Of a stretch of DNA of 64,000 nucleotides, positions 20,679 to 30,821 are shown piece after piece. Made by a program: the position numbers and the translations under genes. The stretch is from contig CACOAW010000002.1 in assembly GCA_902625325.1 (NCBI GenBank), forward strand, positions 14,971-78,970, in the 5' to 3' direction. The notes beneath the pieces are model-generated. The model saw only the letters and a program-made list of their open reading frames with translations. It searched no databases and was not told the origin of the DNA. This DNA comes from an uncultured Candidatus Poseidoniales archaeon (GTDB lineage Archaea > Thermoplasmatota > Poseidoniia > Poseidoniales > Thalassarchaeaceae). Each line of letters starts with the position of its first letter. Within the stretch, counting starts at the first letter, position 1.

Positions 20679-22154
20679 GTGTCGGATATGCAGGATGCAC
20701 CCGATATCGAACCTGAGTTGTCTAGCGGGGCAATGAAGCTTAGAAGGAAAAAACTAGACAATCTCCCCTGGGACCATACAGGAAGGCACCCAGGAAATCC
20801 ATACTTCTGGAAGATTATCCTCATACTGATGGGCGTAGGACTCAGGTATATTTTCAGAAGGAGTCACTACGAGAAGATACCAGATTTCGAAGGAGGCAGG
20901 GTGATATCTTCGATGCACATTAACGGACTGGTAGATCCTGCCACTTTGGTACATTCCCAAGATAGAAGAATAATATCTATGGGTAGGCACGATTTGATGA
21001 CAATGCCACTAATTGGCTGGTTCTCAAGAAGAATGGGATCACAACCGGTAATCAGGAAGTCGGAGGTTGAAAGCGGGGTTTCCGATGAAGAATACGCTAG
21101 AAAAATCAACGATAGGACCCTTCTCACGATGACTAATTGTATTGCTTCGGGATACAATGCTATGGTATTGCCCGAAGGCAAGTCTCACCAAGATCCACAT
21201 CTCCACCGCTTCAAGACTGGTCCGATGAGATTTGCTCTAAATGCAGCCTCGATAGCGCAACACAGAGGTTTCCCCAATCCCGCCCTTCAGCCTGTGGGAT
21301 TGCATTTCAGGTGTCACCACTGGTTTAGAACAGATGTCTTCGTCGAGTTCCAGGAACCAATCCCCGTCCTAGCTCCAGAAGTCTCAGGAGCCCCTGAGAG
21401 ATTGTCCTCAGGGATATGGGAAGAACCACCTTCGGATCAAGTTCATTATCTGAGGGACACTCTATTTTCATCTCTTTCAGAAGTAACTCCAGATGCTCCG
21501 GATTGGGAAACGTACCGTGCTTGGCATCTGATAGGACACATCAAGGCGAATACTTCCAATTCCCAACTGAAATCATTCAGAGACGAGGTTCTAGCTGCTA
21601 GAGAAGTTAGAGCCGCATTGTCTGATGGGCAGACTAAGGAGGACCTGATGGCGCCCGCTATCGAGGCTGCCAAAATTCTGAATGATGATCAGCTAGATGG
21701 CCGAGCATTGACTGGAATCAACTTAGACTCCAGAATAGTATGGACAAAATCTGCAATTGGAATTTTTCTGATGATTCTTATGTCTCCAATCACAATCCCC
21801 TCCACTGGTATTCAGGCATTTTTCGCCTGGTATCTTGGAGATAGAACTGACGAGGGAATAGATGCAAGGACAACTTACCACTTTCTAGCAGCCATGTTTT
21901 CACCGATACTGTTCTGGCTCCCATTGTCTATAGTCACAGCATTCCTGATGCATCCGCCTTCTTTGCTTAGCATCGCCATAGCTATGTCGATTCTGATGGT
22001 AATACATATCTCAAACTTAGTTTTCCTGTTTGGCTATGATTGTTGGTCAGACTTCTCAACTTCCAGAAGGAGAGCAAAACTCGCTTCTTCAGACAGAGGA
22101 AAGAGACTCGAAGAATTGATTTCAGATGTGAAAGCCAATCTCAACTTGCTCTAA
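20679..22154 (+). CDS. PlsC-superfamily glycerolipid acyltransferase with C-terminal TM helices
   Basis: HINGLVD (HxxxxD), PEGKSH, FKTG..R. Confidence 0.85.
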   Translation: MSDMQDAPDIEPELSSGAMKLRRKKLDNLPWDHTGRHPGNPYFWKIILILMGVGLRYIFRRSHYEKIPDFEGGRVISSMHINGLVDPATLVHSQDRRIISMGRHDLMTMPLIGWFSRRMGSQPVIRKSEVESGVSDEEYARKINDRTLLTMTNCIASGYNAMVLPEGKSHQDPHLHRFKTGPMRFALNAASIAQHRGFPNPALQPVGLHFRCHHWFRTDVFVEFQEPIPVLAPEVSGAPERLSSGIWEEPPSDQVHYLRDTLFSSLSEVTPDAPDWETYRAWHLIGHIKANTSNSQLKSFRDEVLAAREVRAALSDGQTKEDLMAPAIEAAKILNDDQLDGRALTGINLDSRIVWTKSAIGIFLMILMSPITIPSTGIQAFFAWYLGDRTDEGIDARTTYHFLAAMFSPILFWLPLSIVTAFLMHPPSLLSIAIAMSILMVIHISNLVFLFGYDCWSDFSTSRRRAKLASSDRGKRLEELISDVKANLNLL

Positions 22155-22178
22155 ATAGGACGACCTTCTGGACCGTTT

Positions 22179-22802
22179 GTGAATCACAACGAGGCTGCAG
22201 ACAGTATTCGGTCATGGTTGAACAGTGAGAGGCTTGAGGCAAGAGAGGTGAAGGACCCTCAGGCCATAATCCACCTTCATGTTAGGTACCCCCCAACAAA
22301 GCAAGGTCATCTGTTCAATATCGTAATTCCCAAGAAGAGAAATCTAGTATTGTTATACTCCATTACAAGAGTAGATGAGGGACAGCAGGAGTCAATGCGT
22401 GATATGGCTAAAGAAGACTCAGAGTCATGGGAGGAATGGCTACACGATACTAGAATCAGAATGACATCGTCTGACTTAGATTGGGTCCTCCATGTCGGGA
22501 GAAGCAAGCAGGGAGTCGCAGGCCCACTCCAGGCCTTCAATCTCTCTAGGCCGGTTTGGCTGGATGGTCTTACTCAGAATGAATTTATGCAGAGTATGAG
22601 AAGAGTGTGGCTAACCAAGTTATCACTGATACACCAAATAAAGTACGGCTTTGGAAATGGGAAGGGAAAACCAGGCCCAGTGGATGATTGGGAGGGGAAG
22701 AGAGGCAGAAAATCCTCTCAATCTCCTACTATACATTCAGAGATTGATACTGATGAGACAGGCGGTTTTGGGAAGGATTTTGACCCGCTTGAATGGGCCT
22801 AG
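22179..22802 (+). CDS. Hypothetical protein, DUF2299-like
   Basis: Archaeal DUF2299-like pattern (IRSWL..E, VWLDGLTQNEFM). Confidence 0.55.
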   Translation: MNHNEAADSIRSWLNSERLEAREVKDPQAIIHLHVRYPPTKQGHLFNIVIPKKRNLVLLYSITRVDEGQQESMRDMAKEDSESWEEWLHDTRIRMTSSDLDWVLHVGRSKQGVAGPLQAFNLSRPVWLDGLTQNEFMQSMRRVWLTKLSLIHQIKYGFGNGKGKPGPVDDWEGKRGRKSSQSPTIHSEIDTDETGGFGKDFDPLEWA

Positions 22803-22866
22803 TTCGTCATCTCCATCAAGTGACCATAATGGGCATAGGTTAAGTATTCGAGAAAGTCCAACGGGG

Positions 22867-25800
22867 ATGATGCACACCTCTCGACATCTTACTGACGATC
22901 GTGTATCTGGTAAGAAGAGCGGTTTAGCGATTGTCGTGCTAATGCTCTTGAGCCTTCTTGCCACATTCTCACCGCAGGCTAGTGCGAGCGAAATTGTTCT
23001 GACCGACCCCATAGAAGTCGTCCAGAGCGGTGTTCACAATGATAGAATGATGTCCATGGATGCAGACTCATCTGGAAACGTCCACGTAGTTTGGAGCCGC
23101 AACACGAACCACCTCTACTACAAGATGCTAGATCCAAGGGGAGAGACGCTGATTGCCGAGACTCAAATCTCTGATCCAGGAGCCCATCGAGCCTGGCATC
23201 CAGACATTAGAGTGGACAATGATGACATGGTCCACGTTGTCTGGACGGATAAGGCAAGTCAGTACAAAATAATGTACACTCTATTGGATCCTTCATTGGA
23301 CGATCAGAGCGGCGATGCGTCTCTGGACTCGGTACTTTCGGTGATTCCAGATGATTACGAGGTTGCAAACAATCCTCAGAACAGAGACTGGCCTGCGATA
23401 GACGTTGATTCTGAAAATAATCCACACATTGTATGGGAAGACTCGTTCGAACCACTGGAACTATACTATCAACAATCTCAGATTTACTACAAGATGATGT
23501 CAATTGATCACGTCGCTAGAATGGTAATAGTGGAGATTGACAGCACACTGTTGACCCCTATCCTTGGACAGAAGGGCCACCCAGATATCGCCGTTGACGT
23601 AAACGACTTCGTTCAGATAGTATGGGATGATACTAGGGGCGGCCAAGTAGAGATGGTTGTCCCTATCGATACGTCTGGATCTATGAATGCAGAATGGGCT
23701 GACATGTGTGCTGTATTCTATGGAGGGAACTTCGCGAGCGGCGGGTATTTCGTGGGCCTAAAGCCCATGCTCGTCAGCGCCAATATGAGTGTATACGAAA
23801 CCCTATATGCACTAAGTGGCAATTGGCCAGCAGCAGCGACCAGTGGAAACTGTGCCGACGCTTACCAGACCGGAGGATCCGGGAGTCAGGGCCCGAGAAA
23901 CACTCCTCTGGGTCCAGGAGACACCTCTGGAGGGATCAGAGAACTCACTGAGGTAGTTTACAACAACCAAGCGACCAACCTACCCGCTGATGGCGGTTAC
24001 TACAGCGAGTTCTGGGGACCTGCGGCAACCTGGGCATGCCTATCCTACAGAGATGTCCAAGGTAGACAGGGACTTTCTGCAAACCCTCCAACATCACTGG
24101 ACCACCGATGGAATGACAATGCCACGAGGGTTGTAATTCCAATCTCTGACGAAGGACCATACGGAGGGACACCGATGGACAATGACGATACGCAGAGCAT
24201 CAATCAGGCCCACGACGCTTGTGTTTTGGCCCAGACAAAGCCATATCCTCTCTGGGCAGGCTCCGACACTTCTGTCGGAAGTTACATGCTCGATCTTGCC
24301 CAGTGCCCCGTCGGGTCAGGGCTGAACACTAGGTCATGCAGCGGGGCTACGACTCGAACAACTTCCGCAGAGGGCCAAATGTATCAGTTCCCAACAACCG
24401 CAGGCTCCTCATCGGAGCTCGAGATAATGGTAGAGGCAATGGTCTACTTAGCCACGAATAACTCTCGAGAGATCTACATGACTGTTCTAGACCCCCACTC
24501 GCTTCTAGAGAATCCATGGCCTGGTTGGACTAGAGGCGATCCAGGTACAGAATCTAATCAGCAAGGAGGTTACTACACTGAGGATTTGGGCCCCTCAGAG
24601 GATGAACAGGGCTATGGACATCTGGTTGTTGTGAATGATACCCAAATTACAAACAACCCTGCTTACAGCCTACACCCCTCAATAGCAATAGACACATCAG
24701 GAAATACGCATCTCGCATGGCAAGATGGCCGACTGTATCCTGGCTGCTCAGGACCAACAGGTGGTATCGATATCGAAGGCGCCTACGAAATATACTACAC
24801 CAGACTCAGACTAAGAGGTGCTGCAGAATGGGACGGAGTTCCCGAGGGCCTACCAGCATACGGGATTAAGCAAATCGCGTCAAGCGCGATTTCGAACTCC
24901 GAGCAATGCGAGGGTGCTAGTGACGAATTCCCTTTTGCGCCAAGCTCGGTAGCCCCCTCTATCCTGACCGACTCCTTCGACAATGTCCACCTGGCTTGGG
25001 TAGACTACAGCAATACTGAATGGCAGGAGACAATTATGTATGCCAGACTAAACAATACCAACGAGGAGTACCCGCAGGGATTCCCATTGAATTCCGCAGC
25101 CTCTTCGGTACTAGACCCATGGGAGATACAAGAAGTCACCAACTGGTCTTCTGACAAGCTAGGCCCAGCACCCTGCCAGCCAGAGTGCAATACCGCCGAC
25201 GGACACCATCTATTCCCTGACTTCAATCTCGATCGCGGTATGCCTCCTGCATTCGCCAACGATCTCGGTAGTGGAGCACATATCGGATGGTCAGATAAGA
25301 AGTGCGACTGGGACGGACAGAATGCGAACAAGTGGACTCTTTGCTACGTTCACGTGCTGACTGGCCTTGTGGATCTCTCACTGGCCTGTGACGAGAAGAT
25401 ACAGGGAAATCCGAATATTGAGGGATACCCGTATGATTGCCCTTCAGACGCTGAGACATTCTACCATACCATCCAGCCGGGAGAACTTACAACGTTCAAC
25501 ATCACAATTGCCAATCCCACCCCAGGGCCCGCGGAATTAGTTCAGGATACGTTCACCATAACGATGGAGGGCGTTCCAAATAACTGGACTGCAACACTAT
25601 TCTACACGACTAACAATACCCCTATTTTTGACTCAACTAAGATTTTCCTCGAGGGCGGAGCCATAGATCCCCTCTACCTGAGAGTCAGAACACCCACAAT
25701 CTATCAGGCCAAGAGCGACGAACTTGCGCAGATAAGCATCATCGCAACGTCCCAAAAGGACCCCGCTATCCGCAACAAGTTAACCTTGCTAACTCTGATG

Positions 25801-28119
25801 GATGTTGTCCATGGAATAGAACTCGATACGAGCCATTTCCAAGTAGATGTTGAGCAGGGCAAATCGGCGGTCTTCTCAATTTCGATCAAGAACACTGGAA
25901 ACGTATTCGATACGTTCGCGTTTTACGACCCGGCTACACTGGATGGACAAAACGAGTGGTCACTTCCGTTTGGATGGGGAATAGACTTCCCACTGTCGCT
26001 ATCCTTGGATCCCGGTCAATCCGTAACTAGGAATCTGAAGGTCAGTGTCCCTGAATCGCAGGACCCCGGCACCTTCGCCATATACCTGAAGGGATGGTCA
26101 ACCGGAGAGCCTGTCTTATCTGTCGATAGGGGGACATTCGATGTACTAGAGTTATGGATAAACGTCTCCATTAGGACAACTGGGAACATCGTATTCGATA
26201 TCGGGGATACAAAACTATACGTTCTTCCCGGGGAATGTGCCAGATTCCCTGTTCAGGTAAACAAGTACTTTACTCCAGGGAGTCTAGTTTTCACGACTCC
26301 CGGCGCACCGATGGAGAGGCCAGAAGAGGCAGATATCAACTCATGGAGGTTCGATCACTGGACAGTAGACTTGGACTTCTCAGAATGGCCAGGCGGATCT
26401 TCATCTGCTGATCAGGACATCTACTGGGCAAATGTAGGTAACACATACACAGTCACAGCCGAGATGTGCTCTCCGTTCAATGCAACCGCTGGAATTGGGG
26501 AATCTGTCACAGTCCGCGCGCACCTGGATGGCTCCCCTAAAGTTCGTGACTCTGTGCTAATTCTGACTAATGTTGTTCAGAGATACGAACTAGAATCCTC
26601 AGTGCCTGAGACTATACTGGACCTATACCCCGGGCAGTCCTACCAAATGAACACCACAATCTCCAACCTAGGAAACGGCCAAGACAGGTTCGATGTCACA
26701 ATCGAGTCCATAATAGACGATAAAGGAGCGGCTCACGTTTGGGACATATACATCGCGAGGATATTATTCGAGGAATTGAACAGAGACGAATCACAGACCG
26801 TCCCAATTTACATCAACGTTCCAGTTCAGACCCTAGCCGGTGATTACACAATCACATTCAACGTCCTGAGTGAGGAGCCTTATGAGGGGACTAGGGTTCA
26901 GGATCAGGTGGTACTCAGGGCTACCATAATCGAGTTCCACGATATGCAAATTTCTCTGGATCCATTGGTGGAGAGCAAAATCAAGACCACGGCCCCAAGC
27001 AGAATCGTAAGATACACCCTCAATGTCACGAATTATGGAAACGTAGCTGATCAGCCTACGATCCACAACCACACATACGATGATGTGAATAAAATCTGGT
27101 CCGTGAGTCCGGGCCTGGGTTCTCTCAGCACATGGGAAATAGACTACGCTCTCTTGGAAGGGTTCGGTGGCGAGTTCCCGCTTGAGAAGCCATGCGTAGA
27201 ACTCAAAGTCGAAGAGGAGAACCAAATCAACCAGCAAATCTCCCAGGGAGAAGGGCCCGACTATTGCTATGTAACCGCAGGAAACACGATCACACTTCCC
27301 GTGATGGAGCCCTATACTACTCTGCAACTAGTTGTCATTGTCACCGTGGCTCCCGATGCATCGCTGGTCGACAGAAATCTCGGAATCAAGGTCCTGTCCA
27401 TGCACGGGTCTTCCGACGAGGGCGGTGATTTCGATGAGACTGAAGTTTGGACCGACTCGTGCACATTGGATAGCAACTCTGACGGAATCCCCGACAATCC
27501 CGCTCCTGATTGCGATACGAATGAGCAGGTCCTCGAGATGCGCCTTAGAGCCCCTGATCTAGTTCTAGAGAGCGTAGTGGCTCCAGACAGAGAAGCCGCG
27601 ATTGGAGAGATGCTCTCTGTTAACGTAATCATCACAAATAGAGGAAACGCACACGCTGCGGACGTCAACATCATCCTTTGCAAGGATCAGTCCGAATCTG
27701 ATATCAAGAGGAATGGATGCACGGAGGAGAATATCGTCTACAGACAGATTGTAAATGCTATTATGCCAATAGGGCAGTCCGAATCAGATCTATCTGACCC
27801 GATCACTCTGCTGTACATGGTCGAAGCCGGCAACCACGATGTCGTAGTCGTAGTAGATCCTGATAACAATATCGTGGAAACCGACGAGAGTAACAACATC
27901 GAGAAGATAGGGAATATGAAATCTCCTCTCGGAGCGATCGATGTAGGCAGAGAGATTGTAGTTAGATACTCTGTTCCGGTTATTATCATAGGCGCAACCT
28001 TCTCCCTATTCGGAGTCGCAGGCTTCGTAATCTGGGGAAGGAGGGTCGAGGCACTCGCTAGATTCTCAGAACTGAGCAGTCTATTGCCAGGTTCAGATGA
28101 TGATGACCTAGTGTTCTGA
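22867..28119 (+). CDS. Large cell-surface protein: beta-propeller with inserted vWA, Ig-like/COG1470 repeats, CARDB, C-terminal TM
   Basis: Signal peptide; seven PxIxxDxxxxxHxxWxD-type repeats; DTSGS MIDAS; I.N.GN..D repeats; VDPDNNIVETDESNN (CARDB); TM near 27973-28035. Confidence 0.85.
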   Translation: MMHTSRHLTDDRVSGKKSGLAIVVLMLLSLLATFSPQASASEIVLTDPIEVVQSGVHNDRMMSMDADSSGNVHVVWSRNTNHLYYKMLDPRGETLIAETQISDPGAHRAWHPDIRVDNDDMVHVVWTDKASQYKIMYTLLDPSLDDQSGDASLDSVLSVIPDDYEVANNPQNRDWPAIDVDSENNPHIVWEDSFEPLELYYQQSQIYYKMMSIDHVARMVIVEIDSTLLTPILGQKGHPDIAVDVNDFVQIVWDDTRGGQVEMVVPIDTSGSMNAEWADMCAVFYGGNFASGGYFVGLKPMLVSANMSVYETLYALSGNWPAAATSGNCADAYQTGGSGSQGPRNTPLGPGDTSGGIRELTEVVYNNQATNLPADGGYYSEFWGPAATWACLSYRDVQGRQGLSANPPTSLDHRWNDNATRVVIPISDEGPYGGTPMDNDDTQSINQAHDACVLAQTKPYPLWAGSDTSVGSYMLDLAQCPVGSGLNTRSCSGATTRTTSAEGQMYQFPTTAGSSSELEIMVEAMVYLATNNSREIYMTVLDPHSLLENPWPGWTRGDPGTESNQQGGYYTEDLGPSEDEQGYGHLVVVNDTQITNNPAYSLHPSIAIDTSGNTHLAWQDGRLYPGCSGPTGGIDIEGAYEIYYTRLRLRGAAEWDGVPEGLPAYGIKQIASSAISNSEQCEGASDEFPFAPSSVAPSILTDSFDNVHLAWVDYSNTEWQETIMYARLNNTNEEYPQGFPLNSAASSVLDPWEIQEVTNWSSDKLGPAPCQPECNTADGHHLFPDFNLDRGMPPAFANDLGSGAHIGWSDKKCDWDGQNANKWTLCYVHVLTGLVDLSLACDEKIQGNPNIEGYPYDCPSDAETFYHTIQPGELTTFNITIANPTPGPAELVQDTFTITMEGVPNNWTATLFYTTNNTPIFDSTKIFLEGGAIDPLYLRVRTPTIYQAKSDELAQISIIATSQKDPAIRNKLTLLTLMDVVHGIELDTSHFQVDVEQGKSAVFSISIKNTGNVFDTFAFYDPATLDGQNEWSLPFGWGIDFPLSLSLDPGQSVTRNLKVSVPESQDPGTFAIYLKGWSTGEPVLSVDRGTFDVLELWINVSIRTTGNIVFDIGDTKLYVLPGECARFPVQVNKYFTPGSLVFTTPGAPMERPEEADINSWRFDHWTVDLDFSEWPGGSSSADQDIYWANVGNTYTVTAEMCSPFNATAGIGESVTVRAHLDGSPKVRDSVLILTNVVQRYELESSVPETILDLYPGQSYQMNTTISNLGNGQDRFDVTIESIIDDKGAAHVWDIYIARILFEELNRDESQTVPIYINVPVQTLAGDYTITFNVLSEEPYEGTRVQDQVVLRATIIEFHDMQISLDPLVESKIKTTAPSRIVRYTLNVTNYGNVADQPTIHNHTYDDVNKIWSVSPGLGSLSTWEIDYALLEGFGGEFPLEKPCVELKVEEENQINQQISQGEGPDYCYVTAGNTITLPVMEPYTTLQLVVIVTVAPDASLVDRNLGIKVLSMHGSSDEGGDFDETEVWTDSCTLDSNSDGIPDNPAPDCDTNEQVLEMRLRAPDLVLESVVAPDREAAIGEMLSVNVIITNRGNAHAADVNIILCKDQSESDIKRNGCTEENIVYRQIVNAIMPIGQSESDLSDPITLLYMVEAGNHDVVVVVDPDNNIVETDESNNIEKIGNMKSPLGAIDVGREIVVRYSVPVIIIGATFSLFGVAGFVIWGRRVEALARFSELSSLLPGSDDDDLVF

Positions 28120-28125
28120 GGTCTA

Positions 28126-28857
28126 CTACTTCGCCATCCACCATGGAAGTGGCATTGACTCCCTGCCAGAGACAAAGGAACCAGAACTCGTCGCGAAATC
28201 CCTCATTAGTTTCTCTCTCAAAGCATCCATCATCTTCTCAGCATGCATTGATTGTATCCTCATACCTTGGGAGAAAGCATCCAAGTCCAACGGTCTCCTA
28301 GGGTTCCTCATCATGGCGTGTGCAAGCTGCCTCTCTTCGTAAGATTCGAAGCCCCTTTCCAGACTTGGAGAGACCTTGTGCATGACTTGCTGATGAAGCG
28401 CGATTATCGAATCCCTCTGCCTGTCAACACTCTCCAACGCCGCATCCAACTCTGACAAAATCCCCATCGCATCTACTATCGGCAGGCTCTTTCTGGAACT
28501 AATCCTGCCCAAAACACTCTCCAGGTTTTCAGGAAGACCTCCGGAAAAGCTCACCCCTCGAGGCATCTTCCTATGCTCGGCCCTGAAAAGGTCGGGCCCC
28601 AAATCCAGACGAATCGAGAACGACTGATTGACTCTGTACACTTTTTTGGGGGGGCCGCCCTTGTCCGACTTCTTCATTTCCGAATCTACGAATCCAGCTT
28701 CCTCCAGAACCTTGAGGTGTTTTACAACCGCCTGTTGGCTGACATCAAGCAACTCAGAGAGTTGCAATGGGTAGTGAGGCTCCTTTACCAGATGTCTGAG
28801 AATTGACCTCCTAGTAGGATTCTCTAGAATACTCAGAGACTCATCGAAGCCTACCAC
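28126..28857 (-). CDS. ArsR-family HTH transcriptional regulator with coiled-coil C-terminus
   Basis: LENPTRRSIL, VSQQAVVKHLKVLEEAGFV, GGPPKKVY. Confidence 0.88.
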   Translation of the reverse strand: MVGFDESLSILENPTRRSILRHLVKEPHYPLQLSELLDVSQQAVVKHLKVLEEAGFVDSEMKKSDKGGPPKKVYRVNQSFSIRLDLGPDLFRAEHRKMPRGVSFSGGLPENLESVLGRISSRKSLPIVDAMGILSELDAALESVDRQRDSIIALHQQVMHKVSPSLERGFESYEERQLAHAMMRNPRRPLDLDAFSQGMRIQSMHAEKMMDALREKLMRDFATSSGSFVSGRESMPLPWWMAK

Positions 28858-28937
28858 TACTTACCAACTCGAGGTTGGGTAGCCAACGTCCTCTAAAAAC
28901 CCAATCTAGGATTTATTGTGACCATATGCGGTTCAGT

Positions 28938-29678
28938 TCATCCCTCGTCCCACGATTTCCATGACTCGCCATCCTTCTCGTTTGAAGCATCAGTAGAGAT
29001 AGTAGACGGGGGTTGTTGATTGGTATCTAAGAACGGATTAGGCGCCTCTGGAGGCGTCTGATTGCCCTCCATATCACTTTGGGCGTTTCCTATTATGACA
29101 CGACCGTCGTCAATTATTACGAATTGGTCCGGCATCTTCTTTTTGTCAGTCCATACCATGATTGCTAGTACAAATCCAACCAGGCCAATCGGGGAACCCA
29201 AGCAACAGCCTACGTAGAACAAGTAAGTCCAGATGATTCCGCTCAATTTGTTCGCAGAATCCTCATCGTCAACAAGCCATAGCGTGGTCGTACCAAGATT
29301 CTCTAATGTGTACTCTCCTCCGATATTCTCGAAGACTCTTACAACAGAAAATGAAGTCCCATTTCGCTCATCATAACGATCAAACTCAAGCGCTCTAGCC
29401 CCTCTACCCGGCAATTCGTTACCCTGACTGTCTGTCAATATCAGATCTGCATCGGGGGAGCCGTCGTCGGACACCCTAAGTGCCGAGACCAAAATAGAGC
29501 TCTCTATCTCGAACGTAATCGAATCACCTGGTTCCAGTTTCACTAGAGAATTATTCTCTGGATTGTACAACTCGTTGTAGTCGTCGAATACCTGCCACAA
29601 AGAAATCACGGCCATCAGTAGTAGGGCTGCGGAGGAGGCGGTGGTGATTCTGGCCCAAGCCCTCTTCTTGTCGGTCAC
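28938..29678 (-). CDS. Hypothetical membrane protein (2 TM)
   Basis: N-terminal and central hydrophobic helices flanking a beta-rich domain. Confidence 0.65.
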   Translation of the reverse strand: MTDKKRAWARITTASSAALLLMAVISLWQVFDDYNELYNPENNSLVKLEPGDSITFEIESSILVSALRVSDDGSPDADLILTDSQGNELPGRGARALEFDRYDERNGTSFSVVRVFENIGGEYTLENLGTTTLWLVDDEDSANKLSGIIWTYLFYVGCCLGSPIGLVGFVLAIMVWTDKKKMPDQFVIIDDGRVIIGNAQSDMEGNQTPPEAPNPFLDTNQQPPSTISTDASNEKDGESWKSWDEG

Positions 29679-29714
29679 AACCCTCCCTCAGGGCACTCAT
29701 CTATCAGGCTTTTT

Positions 29715-30821
29715 TCAGTAAGTTATGCCCATTGTGGCAAGCTTCTCTGGAAGGTAAGTATCAGTGACGAAGTCTAGACCGTACTTTGCCAGAGACTGCT
29801 GCTCCGCTTTTTTCCCTATTTCTTGCATTAGTTGGATCTGCTCTTGCCACCAACCAGTTGCGAATCTTGGGTCACTCAATTCCGCCTCCAGTGCATTCAA
29901 GTCCTGTTTTGTCAAATCGTCACTTGGAAGGTCGTAGGCTAGTATATCATCGGCTGTTATTCCTAGATATGTTGCCTCCTTAGTGGCCAAGTATTCTGAG
30001 ATATGAGCAGTTTTGATTGCTCCATAGGCTATGCTAGCATAGATCCTGAATGACCAGGGATCACAGTCTGCGAAGACCAATATTGGCTTGTTCCATTCAT
30101 CGCTCATTCTTCTCATAATTCTCCTAGTGGACCTTGCCGGCTGGCCCTTTAGATGGACCAGAGCGCACCTCGCCTCCTCATCGAAACCATTCTCTACCAG
30201 CCTGTCGAACATTCCCCCAGTTTCTATTGCCATTACGAAGTCGACATCCTCTTCCACCATCCTAAGCTTCTCTGACTCTACGTTATACGGAACCCCGTAT
30301 CCTGAATCGCCTACGTCGTCTCTACAGTTAATCCTCATCCAGTCTCCTCTACGATTCCTCTCCTCAAAGGTGACGTTGCCGATGATTCTCGCACCGTCCT
30401 CCTCAGGCCTCAGACCGAAGTCCTCTCTCAGACACTTCGTTACTATCTCCAGGTCCTCAGATACCCCATTGCTTTCGTTCTGACTAGAGAATTTTCCATG
30501 CCCCCACCCTTCAGAAATGTAGTACATTTCCCTAAGTGTGGAGGTTTTTCCATCAGAGATCATTCCTTCAACGAACTCTGAAATGTGCAGTGCCCTCAGG
30601 AGTTGTCTGGCAGAACCAAGAGATGTCGCGTCTCTAACCGTCTTCTTCTTCCCGTACTTGTATACTCCTAGCTTCTTGTCGAACCCTATGTTTGACTTCG
30701 ATCTCACTGGCAGGGTCATTGTAGGAGGGTTACCTTTCATCATTTTATCATGCATTTCCGAAGCAACCCCATGCAAAGCATCAATCACCTCTTCCTTCGT
30801 TTTTTGTCTATCCATTGTCAC
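29715..30821 (-). CDS. top6A: DNA topoisomerase VI subunit A
   Basis: STLREMYY (catalytic Tyr), AIETGGMF, KGQP, DCDPW. Confidence 0.96.
   Translation of the reverse strand: MTMDRQKTKEEVIDALHGVASEMHDKMMKGNPPTMTLPVRSKSNIGFDKKLGVYKYGKKKTVRDATSLGSARQLLRALHISEFVEGMISDGKTSTLREMYYISEGWGHGKFSSQNESNGVSEDLEIVTKCLREDFGLRPEEDGARIIGNVTFEERNRRGDWMRINCRDDVGDSGYGVPYNVESEKLRMVEEDVDFVMAIETGGMFDRLVENGFDEEARCALVHLKGQPARSTRRIMRRMSDEWNKPILVFADCDPWSFRIYASIAYGAIKTAHISEYLATKEATYLGITADDILAYDLPSDDLTKQDLNALEAELSDPRFATGWWQEQIQLMQEIGKKAEQQSLAKYGLDFVTDTYLPEKLATMGITY

Noticed and set aside
24532-24540. RGD tripeptide in the integrin-like protein
   Set aside because: A single tripeptide in ~1750 aa is expected by chance, and RGD is a ligand motif rather than a receptor motif
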